Notes under the pieces: generated by a model
Database searches by the model: none
Seen by the model: only the letters and a program-made list of their open reading frames with translations
What the model was told of the DNA's origin: nothing
Shown here: in pieces, positions 12,721 to 22,977 of the stretch
Layout of the letters: each line of letters begins with the position of its first letter
Position numbering within the stretch: position 1 is the first letter of the stretch
Translations under genes and position numbers: made by a program
Source of the DNA: Octopus sinensis
Lineage: Eukaryota
Direction of reading: 5' to 3'
Assembly: GCF_006345805.1 (NCBI RefSeq)
Contig: NC_043006.1
Coordinates: forward strand, 9,548,001 to 9,612,000
Length of the DNA: 64,000 nucleotides

Positions 12721-13620
12721 TTATATGTATTTATGAGCTTTAGTCTATCTTGGCAGTCCTAATAAACAATCTGCAGCAATTCATGTCTATTCTCGACGTC
12801 TGCCATTCTACTACATTATTCCATTCCCAACCTTAAGCAACGCTAGCCCACCACCCGGCTACAATTCCCAATTCCACCTATTCCACTCACAATTTCAATG
12901 ACGCTCGCCTCCACAGTGCTACGTATGAGCCTCAACATATGCACCGGTGATTCGCTTCCACATCCGTGCGGATGGGTGAGAGTATGCATTGAGTGTAGTG
13001 ATGGGGCTCCCTTTGCTATGCACGTTTGTACCTGTGTGGTAGTCTCCATGTGTATATTCGCGCACGGGTATAAGTGCGGGGGGTATACGCACACGGCATG
13101 TGCGTGTACCCCCTCACATGTACATGTGCATGCTTGTTGGGCTCGATATGTGCAACGGTGTGTTCGCGCCCGCATTCATGCGGATGGGTGAATTGCACAA
13201 TTAAAATACGCACACGTGTGTGTGTGCGTTTTTTGGTTGCGCAGTTCGTTTATCTGGGTGTGAGTGGGTGTGAGCGTATTGTTGTGGATGTCGAGTTTGA
13301 TACGTATGTATATGAGTGTGTTTGGGGGGTTATACGTATGTGTTGTGTGTGTGTGTTTTGCGTATGTGTGTTTGTGTATGGATGAATATATGGGGATTGC
13401 TATGTGGGTGTAATTGGGTATGGAGGGGGGAGTTTTGTCATTGTATGGGTGTGGTTTTCATTTGTGATGGTGGTTTGTTAGTGATTTGTGGTATGTTCTG
13501 TATATTTGGGTTAGTTATGTATTGTTCTTGTGTGTGTAATTGTATACATGTATGATTGGTGTGAGTGGGATTGCGTCCATTTTTGGGGATGTATGTGTTT
13601 ATTTGTCCGTGTGGGGTGTA
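12721..13620. other. A>G hypermutated, fold-back copy of the adjacent array
   Basis: 13141-13215 aligns without gaps to 12258-12332 with 16 A>G and 5 other changes. 13216-13617 is an inverted copy, also A>G on +. 12721-12910 is an inverted copy with T>C on +. Confidence 0.85.
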
Positions 13621-13720
13621 GTGGCGGTTTTTTTGACTTTTTATTAAAATTTTATGTATTGATTAAGTCTTTCCTTGTTTGTTTTGCAAAATAGTGGTTT
13701 TGTCTCTAATAATATAATAT
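13617..13720 (+). mobile_element. PLE family 1 pLTR 3' tail (starts at the hammerhead GUA triplet), unedited
   Basis: Near-exact reverse complement of about 9985-10089; followed by TA-rich sequence. Confidence 0.85.
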
Positions 13721-14499
13721 ATATATATATATATATATAATATAATGTAATATGATATAATGCCATATAAAATAACGTGACATAATATAATATAATAAAT
13801 ACGAAAGCTAATTTCTGTTTATCAGTGTGTCACACTTAGACCCCCTCTCTTACTTTTCGATGACACTCCTACTATTTATCATAATGGAGTGAGAGTAATA
13901 GGAGGCACAGATATGGTGAAGGCGATGGCAAAGACACGGAGAGAGAGAGAGAAGCAAATGATATGGAGAGAGAGACTAAGAAATTTAGGGAGAGTTGATG
14001 TTTTATTAAAAATAGTAGTGTTGATCGTGGCATTGGGTGTAATAATGAAAGATAGAGAAAGAAAGAGTGGGTATGTGGGAGAAAGAGGGAGATGATATAC
14101 AAGTTTATTTAACCATGTTTCTTTGGCAGAAATTTCTGTCGATAATATATTGAACACTATCATTTTTGTTTTAATTTTTTTGCTTTCTTTCATACATACA
14201 TTACATGGAAAATGCTAGCAAGAGAAATACTAATCTTAACATTATAAACCGGGAAAATTACAGGACAAGTTATTACACTTGGAAAAGTTCGGGACAATTT
14301 ATTTCATCTGGTAAAGTACAGAAGAAGACAATTTTACTTAAAAAAAGTTATTACTTCTATTTGTTATTACTTGTTACTTCTATAAATTAAAAAAAAAATA
14401 ATTCAATTAAAATATTTTTGCACTTTAAAAGAATTAATAATTAGAAATTTGAAAATAGGTTATAAAAATTATTGTACACATACAGTAAAATCTACTTAT

Positions 14500-16085
14500 G
14501 TCAACAAATACACAGTAAAATTTGCTTGAGTTATTGCCAAGTTTTCAAATTTTTAGTCTTGAACCACTGCCTACTTTGCACATAATGAATTTACCTACCA
14601 TACATACTATTCTGCTTTGCATAAGACTTCAGCTATATTGGTACTTCTGGCTCTCATTTTCTAAGTATTCTTGTGTGTCGATATTTCAGCAAAATGATGC
14701 TACCTTTTCATTGTAATGTTACTCGGTAAATTAATATCAAATAACATTTGATATTCAAATTTTATCCTTAGCAGCAATAGTTTAAGTAAAACATTTCTTG
14801 TTCTGAACTTTACAAGATATAATACGTATGGTATCATATCGTATGCTTTACGATAGTCAACCCATGGATATTTTCAGGTTTGTGTGTCTTCGCTTGCAGT
14901 TCCTGATAATTAGATTATTATTTAAGAGCTAATACTTTGTTCCCCGGCTCCTCTTTCGGCAAGCTTTCTGTTCAATAGGTAACAACCCAATGCTCTCCAG
15001 GTATCTATACATTTCTCCAGCCAACAACATCTGACATTAGTTTTCACATTATCGGAAGGGACGTTATTGCTCTAAAGCTTGATGCAACATTTCCCTTTTC
15101 GGGATCCTTGGCACACAACAATGTCTTGCCATTTCTCATCCAACAGGGTACTGCGCGTTTCTAAAAGCAATCATCTAGCTCTTGCGCTATCCTTTTATGG
15201 GGCCCTCTTAGCCTCCTCATCCAATAACCTTCCAATTTGGTTACTTTTAAACTGCTTTGTTATCATTTCTGTATTTATCATTATGTCTTCTTAGATGTTG
15301 CTACTCTTAAATAATTTTCCTCATTTCAAAGTTGCTTTGGCATATTTTCCGATGCCAAATTTCATGTTTATTTCATTGGTAAATCCATGTACTGTCTGTA
15401 CTAATGTGTCCAACTGTTTATCATTTGTAGCGTACAGTTTTTTATCATCCATATACAATAGATGGTTCATCGTTTTGCCGTAACAGTTACATTCAAATCT
15501 AGTTCTGCTTAGCATGCCAGATAAATGTGTCAGTGACAAACAGAAAAGGAGTGGAGAGAGTGTGTGTCCCTGAAATATTCCTCTTCTGATGGGGATGGCT
15601 TTGGTTTAAATGTGTCCCCCTTTTATCTGGAGATGAAGCACTGTTTGCCATTTATTCATGTTACGTTTTATGTATTTTATGATTATTGGTGCTACATTAT
15701 TCATGGTTAGTGTTTCTAGGATCCATGTGTGGGAGTACTATCAAAAACATTTCGGTATTCGATCTACACCATACTGATTCCCTTCTTCTGTCTTCGGCCG
15801 TCATCAGTTATGACGTAACTCATCAGTAACTCATCTTTAAAGCCCTGTGACCCCTTGCAGCATCCCTACTCCTCTTCTGGAAACAGGTTGTTTTCTTTCA
15901 GATGCTTGCTCATTCTCTGCGATATGATTACAGTAAAGACTTTGTAAATTGTAGGGAGACAAGTAATCGGTCTGTAATTTTGTGGATTTTCCGTTCTCGT
16001 GGATTTGGGACTTAGGATAGTTTTTCCCTACTGTGAGCCATCCGAGCATTGTTTCTGGCTTTGCAAGTATTTCATTAAATTTCTT
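14500..16085 (-). mobile_element. R4/Dong-clade non-LTR retrotransposon RT fragments (at least two decayed copies)
   Basis: Minus strand: GWLTVGK...; SHTWILETLTMNNVAP; NHLLYMDDKKLYATNDKQLDTLVQTVHGFTNEINMKFG (YMDD). A second RT piece reads EMYRYLESIGLLPIEQKACRKRSRGT...WVDYRKAYDMIP. Abuts an (ATC/TAA)n tract. Confidence 0.85.
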
Positions 16086-16089
16086 AATC

Positions 16090-16181
16090 AATATCATCTT
16101 CCTCCTCATCATCATCATCATCACCATCACTAGCACCAGCACCAGCACCACCATCACCACCACCACAACCACTACAACCAC

Positions 16182-16226
<45 letters not shown>

Positions 16227-16277
16227 TACTTATTATTATTATTATTATAATTATTATTTTTATTATTATTATTATTA

Positions 16278-16325
<48 letters not shown>
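16090..16325. repeat. Compound trinucleotide microsatellite (CAT/CAC)n-(TAT)n
   Basis: Seen directly; explains the poly-M/V/I/Y ORFs. Confidence 0.98.
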
Positions 16326-16329
<4 letters not shown>

Positions 16330-16330
<1 letters not shown>

Positions 16331-16700
16331 CCGCAACACATTAGACTGCAGGAAAATATTCTAGCATCGGGATAAAGCAAGTAAATCTTCGATACCAAGA
16401 TCTCTCCTAAGTATCCTAGGTGTCCCTAATCACACCGTTTTTCTGGAACTGTACTAAACTGGGTTTTATGCCTATTTCCTCGATCCATCTGTTCAAATCT
16501 TTAGGAATAGTTCCTAATGCACCTATAATAACAGGGATACATTTTACCGGCACTTTCCAAAGTATCTCTAATCCAATGGCTAGTGCCTGTGTTTTTAAAA
16601 ATTATTTTCTATATATCTCTGAATTCATTTTCTCACCATTTGGGACTGTAATATCAATTATCAGGCATTTTCTATTGTTTATATCTACTACTACTAAACA
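16330..16700 (-). mobile_element. R4/Dong-type 3' end with restriction-like endonuclease domain
   Basis: KPCLVVVDINNRKCLIIDITVPN...LWKVPVKCIPVIIGALGTIPKDLNRWIEEIGIKPSLVQFQKTV*LGTPRILRRDLGI, lying between (TAA)n and (TAG)n tracts. Confidence 0.85.
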
Positions 16701-16714
16701 GGGTTTATATGTAT

Positions 16715-16802
16715 ATAGTAGTAGTAGTAGTAGTAGTATTATTAGTAGTAGTAGTAGTAGTAGTAGTCCTAGTAGTAGTAGTAGTAGTTGTAGTAGTAGT
16801 TT

Positions 16803-16842
<40 letters not shown>

Positions 16843-16843
16843 T

Positions 16844-16878
<35 letters not shown>
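16715..16878. repeat. (TAG)n microsatellite
   Basis: Seen directly. Confidence 0.98.
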
Positions 16879-16879
<1 letters not shown>

Positions 16880-17730
16880 CATGTCTATATTTCTAAATAA
16901 CGAGAAACCACATTCAGATTAATATACGTACAATATATTGCAATTACAGATGCTATATGACGTAACGTAAATGACTAAAAATGACTTAGAAATAGTTAAC
17001 ATATTGAATTATTTTGCAATATACCTCACATTCCTGCATTAGAGAAGCAGTCATCTATATTTTCTGTTTTTACATTAAGTTATTCACTGAATACACTGAG
17101 ACAAGCAGCTGTGACAGGATAAAGCAATAAATACAGATTAAAAGCCAGTTCTTTTGTGAATTATGAAGCGAAACATCTGGAAATATGGGGGCGTTGGTAC
17201 TGAAAGCATATCTTTATAACTGCTAAGCGTAAAGTTAATGAATTATAGACGCTATCATTTAGCATGTGGTCCACTGGACATGCTGTAGATCAAATAGTAG
17301 TAGTAGTTAATACGTATCTAAGAATGGGTTTCGATTCCAGATAAAAGCAGCCTGTAGATACTTTCGTTAATTTCGTTAAGAAACGGTATAAATTTGTTTA
17401 ATATTATATCCTTTCAGTGACTATAAACTACAAGCAGGATATACAAACTTATACAAAAGAAGAACGCAAACAATGCTGGAAAAATATAACGGATATTTAT
17501 TCATTATTGCTATTTCCTCATAACCACTCCACTTAATCATTTGTATTTACCTTACTTAGACTTATTCACAAACATTTACATAAGTCACCTGCATACCATA
17601 CAAAATATCTATAGCTCATACAAGACTGTATTGTTTGGTGTGTGTTATTTCCGTCTTCTGCAGAGTGTTCAGAAGAATGATTCCTACCTAGAAGCTTGCA
17701 TTCCCAAAGAATGTTTTCCTTTGAGTAGAA

Positions 17731-17761
<31 letters not shown>

Positions 17762-17864
17762 CGCTGCTGATGATGATGGTGAATATTAGTGGTTGAAATT
17801 TAACATAGGCAAAAAAAAAAACCAAAAAAAACCGTAATAATAATTTAACATTACTTGAAAAGGT

Positions 17865-20800
17865 AGTGGGTAGCGAACTTCTTCACTACTTCAGGGAGTG
17901 ACGACCCTGCCTGACACGAGTTCCGGGCTCAGCTGGCTCCGGCTGACAGTACCCGGTATGGGCCCCTATCCAGGGTTACGGAAAGGAGACAACCTTCAAT
18001 GAAATCCGGAGTGGAGCCCCGAAGGCGGTCTAGTGTTCGATTCGACACTCTTCCGGCAGCTCCTACAACCAAGCTGGTGCCAAACGTAATGCACTGCACT
18101 CCACTGGACTACATCAGCAAGGTCGAGAGAGGAAACCTGACGATTGGGCTACCCAGACTTTCTTATCTATAGCCCAGGCCTGCGCAAAACTGGAGAGGAC
18201 ACTTCAGTGCTGCTGTAAAAAGCTGCAGAAACAACACGGGAGGTAACAGTTACGAGTGATAAGTCCATTCAGATTGGCGTAAAATATGGACGCTACGGGT
18301 TACCTCTGCCGGTGGGAGGGACTTCCGTGTCCTATTGGTTAGCTACTGCCCACCTCAAGCTGGGCCCCCCCAGTTAATAAGGTGCTGACCCCCACAAGCC
18401 GCCTGTTCCATTGGGTGCTTGGAGCTAAGAGTACGACTCGAAAAGCGGCCTGCAACCTCTGCACCAGGCAAGCAACTAAAATTCAAGAAAACACCAGTTC
18501 TGAAGTTGGCAAGCTGGAATGTCAGGACCATGTGTCCTGGAATATCTGACGATCTTCTCAGTATTGAAGACACAAGGAAAACGGCCATCATTGACCGTGA
18601 ACTAAAGAGGCTCAACATAGATATTGCTGGGCTGCAGGAGACAAGACTTCCCTCAAACGGCAGACTCAAAGAGCAGGACTTCACCTTCTTTTGGCAGGGA
18701 AGAGATCCAGAAGAACCTCGTCAACATGGCGTTGGCTTTGCAGTGAGAAACTCACTACTCTCCTCAATAGAACCACCATCGGGAGGCACTGAGCGTATCC
18801 TCTCACTGCGCCTCTCGACTTCTTCTGGCTCAGTACATCTACTCAGCATCTATGCTCCCACTCTCTACAGCTCAGAGGAGACCAAGGACCAGTTCTACAA
18901 AGATCTCAACTGTGTCCTAGAAAATATACCAACGACTGAAAATATCTACTTCTAGGGATTTTAACGCTCGCGTGGGATCTGACCATGATTCGTGGCCCAT
19001 TTGTGTTGGACACTTTGGTATTGGCAACATGAATGACAATGGTCAGAGACTACTCGAATTCTGCACATACCACAACCTGTGCATCACAAACACATTCTTC
19101 ACCAGCAAGCCATCCCACAAGGCATCCTGGAGACATCCAAGATCTCACCACTGGCATCAGCTGGATCTCATCATTATACGGAGATCCTTTCTGAGTTCCA
19201 CTCTATTGACCCGCAGTTACCACAGTGCGGATTGTGACACAGACCACTCACTAATTAGAAGCAGGGTGAGGATTCTCCCTACAAAAGTCCATCGCTCCAA
19301 GAAACTGGGCCGACCACGCATCAACACCGCCAGAACCTCGGACCCTACACTGCGAAAATGTTTTGCTGCTTCTATCAAGGTTGCCCTCAGTAGCTGCCCA
19401 ACCTCCTCTGCTGAAAGTAGGTGGGACTATATCAGGGAAGCCTTGTATACGACATCATTGGATACTTTCGGCATGAGAGAAAGGCAAACACCCAGATTGG
19501 TTCAATGCTGGGCTCTCAGAGCTGGAGCCAGTTATCGAAGCAAAGCGTGCAGCTCTGGTGCAATACAAGAGTGACTCTTCTACAAAGTCACTCGAAGAAC
19601 TCAGAAAGCACCCAAATAAAACCCAATGACAGCCGATGCTGTGCAAATAGGTATTGGCAGGAAATCTGTCAGAGTATCCAGTCAGCTGCTGACAGGGGCG
19701 ACACCCGTGGGATGTATGCTGGTTTGAAGAAGGCCCTCGGGCCATCCGCAACCAAGTCAGCCCCTCTGAAATCAACTACTGGAGATCTCATCAGGGATCA
19801 AGGCAAGCAAATGGATAGATGGGTGGAGCACTACCAGGATCTCTACTCACGGGAGACCACAGTGGCTGAGGCTGCAGTCGAGAGTGTCAAGATCTTGCCA
19901 GTCATGTGCGAACTTGACAGTCCGCCATCTATAGCAGAGCTCACCAAGGCTGTTGACTCCCTAGCAAGAAATAAGGCTCCGGGAAAAGACGGCATCCCCT
20001 CAGAGATCATCAAAGCCGGCAAAAACACCATCCTGCTTCGGCACCTTCATGAGCTTCTGTGTCAGTGCTGGGAAGAGGGTACAGTCCCTCAGGATATGCG
20101 GGATGCCAACATCATTACGCTCTACAAAAACAAAGGTGACCGTGGTGATTGTAACAATTACCGTGGTATATCCCTTCTAAGCACTGTTGGAAAGACCTTT
20201 GCCCGCGTTATCCTGGCCAGGCTACAACCACTTGCTTCTCGAATCTATCCGGAATCGCAGTGTGGCTTTAGAAGAAGCAGATCAACTATCGATATGATAT
20301 TCTCCATACGCCAACTTCAGGAGAAGTCCAGAGAGCAGAAAATGCCATTATATATGGCCTTCATTGATCTAACAAAGGCTTTTGACTCGGTAAGCAGAAC
20401 AGGCCTCATCCTCCTGCTCCAAAAATCGGATGTCCACCAAAGCTGCTGAGGATCATCAAGTCTTTCCATGATGACATGCAAGGCACCATACAGCACAACG
20501 GTTCAACATCAGCCGCCTTCCAAATAAAAAACGGGGTAAAGCAAGGCTGTGTCCTCGCTCCTACATTGTTTGGCATCTTCTTCTCACTCTTGCTGTCACA
20601 TGCCTTTCAGACATCAGATGATGGAGTGTTTCTGCACAGTAGAAGTGACGGGAAACTGTTCAATCTCTCGCGCCTGCGTGCCAAGACCAAAATCAGAAAC
20701 GTCCTGATCAAGGAGATGTTATTTGCTGATGATGCCGCTCTGGTAACACACACAGAAGAAGCCCTCTAAAGGCTCATTAACTGTTTTGAGCAAGCATGTA

Positions 20801-21739
20801 ACGACTTTGGCTTAGCTATCAGCCTTAAGAAGACCAACATTATGGGCCAGGCTACATCGGACATCCCAAACATACATATTGGAGACCACAGATTACAAGA
20901 GGTGGAGAAGTTTACCTATCTGGGCTCTACCGTCACCTACAACCTATCCCTTGACGCTGAGCTCAATATACGCATTGGCAAGGCAGCTGCTGCGATGGCC
21001 CAACTCTCCAAACGGGCTTGGGACAACAATAAGCTGACCAAGACCACAAAAATGAAGATCTACCAGGCATGTGTACTCAGCACTCTACTGTATGGAAGCG
21101 AGACCTGGACACTATACACACGCCAAGAGCGTCGCCTAAACATCTTTCACCTGCGCTGCCTCCGAAAAATCCTCCACATAAAATGGCAGAATCATATCCC
21201 CAACAAAGATGTCCTCAGGCAAGCAGGAATACCAAGCATGTTTGCACTCCTCACACAAAGACGTATGAGATGGCTTGGGCATGTTAGCCGTATGAAAGAT
21301 GGCAGAATCCCCAAGGACATACTCTACGGAGAGCTTGCTAGGGGTACTAGGTCTGTGGGTAGACCAATCTTACGTTACAAGGTTGTTTGCAAAAGGGATA
21401 TGAAGGCCTGCAACATCAACATTAGCGGTTGGGAGGCAGTCGCCGGCAACCGTGGAGAATGGCGACGTACAGTAAAAGAGGGTATACAGAGGAGTGACAG
21501 AAAGAGAGAGGAGAAATGGAAAGAAAGGAAGAGACATAAACAAGAGACCATGGCACTACAATCAGCCAGGAACAGTCTTCGCTACGTTTGCAGTACCTGC
21601 CAGAGGGAGTGTTTGTCCAGGATAGGACTACACAGCCACAGCAAGAAATGTAACAGGAAATAAAATATAACAGCCGGACTAGACCTAGAAAAAAAATGTG
21701 CCAACTCCATTGTCTCCCGAGACAGAAAGGATGCCAAAC

Positions 21740-21740
<1 letters not shown>
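17865..21740 (+). mobile_element. Near full-length RTE-clade LINE with a disrupted single ORF
   Basis: About 550-nt structured 5' UTR. APE endonuclease (LASWNVRT, GLQETR, GVGFAV, GDFN, QLDLI, DTDH), RT (YRGISLLS, QCGFR, FIDLTKAFD, GVKQGCVLAPTLF, FADD) and C-terminal C2H2-like CSTCQRECLSRIGLHSH. RTE-like 3' end ATTGTCTCCCGAGACAGAAAGGATGCC. The 5' boundary is approximate. Confidence 0.95.
18419..21663 (+). pseudogene. RTE APE-RT polyprotein, broken by frameshifts near 18955, 19500-19600 and 20430 and a stop at about 20767
   Basis: ORFs 18419-18955, 18972-19574, 19421-20449, 20476-20769 and 20842-21663 are successive pieces of one protein. Confidence 0.92.
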
Positions 21741-21780
<40 letters not shown>

Positions 21781-21871
21781 GTGTGTGTGTGTGTGTATGT
21801 ATGTATCAAACTAAAATACAAGGTCAACCGCATGTCATTCCATGTATGTATGTATTTTGTATGTATAATAT

Positions 21872-21935
<64 letters not shown>

Positions 21936-22100
21936 AATATTAGGGAATAAATCCAAAATTACAGGGAAAAAAATCAGATTATTAAATCCAATTTTATAGT
22001 AAAATATTATAAAATATTATAGAGACAAACCACTATTTTGCAAAACAAACAGGGAAAGACTTAATCAATACATAAAATTTAATAAATAGTCAAAAAAACC

Positions 22101-22143
22101 GCACTACAATTGTTTCTTGTCTTGATCGACAATCTTCAGGTGG
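22101..22143 (-). ncRNA. Hammerhead ribozyme, mirror copy with a 1-nt deletion in stem I
   Basis: Reverse complement of the 22190 motif; the 3' stem I strand reads GUGC instead of GUGG. Confidence 0.75.
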
Positions 22144-22189
22144 ACTTCCAATAAGTCAGTTTCAAATTTGAAACTGACTTATTGGAAGT

Positions 22190-22232
22190 CCACCTGAAGA
22201 TTGTCGATCAAGACAAGAAACAATTGTAGTGG
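22190..22232 (+). ncRNA. Minimal type I hammerhead ribozyme
   Basis: CCAC-CUGAAGA-UUGUC(GAUCAA)GACAA-GAAA-C(AAUU)G-UA|GUGG; predicted cleavage after 22228. Confidence 0.88.
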
Positions 22233-22317
22233 CGGTTTTTTTGACTATTTATTAAAATTTTATGTATTGATTAAGTCTTTCCCTGTTTGTTTTGCAAAAT
22301 AGTGGTTTTGTCTCTAA

Positions 22318-22399
<82 letters not shown>

Positions 22400-22860
22400 T
22401 AAAAGGAATTCCAACCTTGTCTGAGTTTCACGTTTTATTTACAATCTTATAATGATATAATATAAGATAAAATAATAGAATAAAATAAAATAGTAGAATG
22501 TTAAATGTTCATTCTATTAGAACTAGTACTTTCATGCATTAAATTCTGCAATCTTCAGGTCCATGTACTAGTGGTGACAGTCATGCTTCACAATTTTTGA
22601 CTATAGCGAGATGATTAAATCTGTGCCTTAAATACAGCTGTTGGGGCTCCAGATTGCTAGGTTTTACAAACTGTATTCTGACCAACCAGTGTGTAGTATC
22701 ACTCAATTACTTAAGCTGATTGGTTGGTTGAGCTGATTGGTTTAGGCGTCACGCTTTGTTGAACATGTCAAGAGTCCTGTATCTGGCCGAGGCAGCAATT
22801 GTTGGGCTATTTTTAGAAATGTAAATAGCCTTTGTCAGAGATTTTTATATTTTTATATTT
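22400..22860 (-). mobile_element. PLE family 2 3' end/pLTR
   Basis: Minus strand: KSLTKAIYISKNSPTIAASARYRTLDMF (resembles the C-terminus of PLE GIY-YIG domains), two CCAATCAG boxes, a hammerhead, a T-rich tail and then (TA)n. Confidence 0.7.
22520..22562 (-). ncRNA. Minimal type I hammerhead ribozyme, second family
   Basis: GGAC-CUGAAGA-U-UGCA(GAAUUUAA)UGCA-U-GAAA-G(UA)C-UA|GUUC; stem III is the palindrome AGUACU. Confidence 0.7.
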
Positions 22861-22977
22861 CAATTGTCATCATCATCATTGTCAGCACCTTAATTATTGT
22901 TGCTAGTGGTGGATGGTGGTGGCAATAGAACTTTTAACCCTAAATAAGATAATTTTCCTGCTATCTAAGTATTATTA

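Larger units (their letters stand above)
21931..22325. mobile_element. PLE family 1 pLTR in tail-to-tail palindrome (arms about 22010-22166 and 22167-22325)
   Basis: Near-perfect inverted repeat centred on TTTCAAA|TTTGAAA (22166/22167), flanked by (TA)n on both sides. Confidence 0.9.

Noticed and set aside
12843-13385. Overlapping His/Cys-rich ORFs in the GC-rich patch
   Set aside because: They are a by-product of A>G changes removing stop codons from a non-coding repeat copy.
15795-15835. Two CUGAUGA motifs on the minus strand
   Set aside because: They lie in Dong RT coding sequence and lack the GAAA/stem III arrangement.
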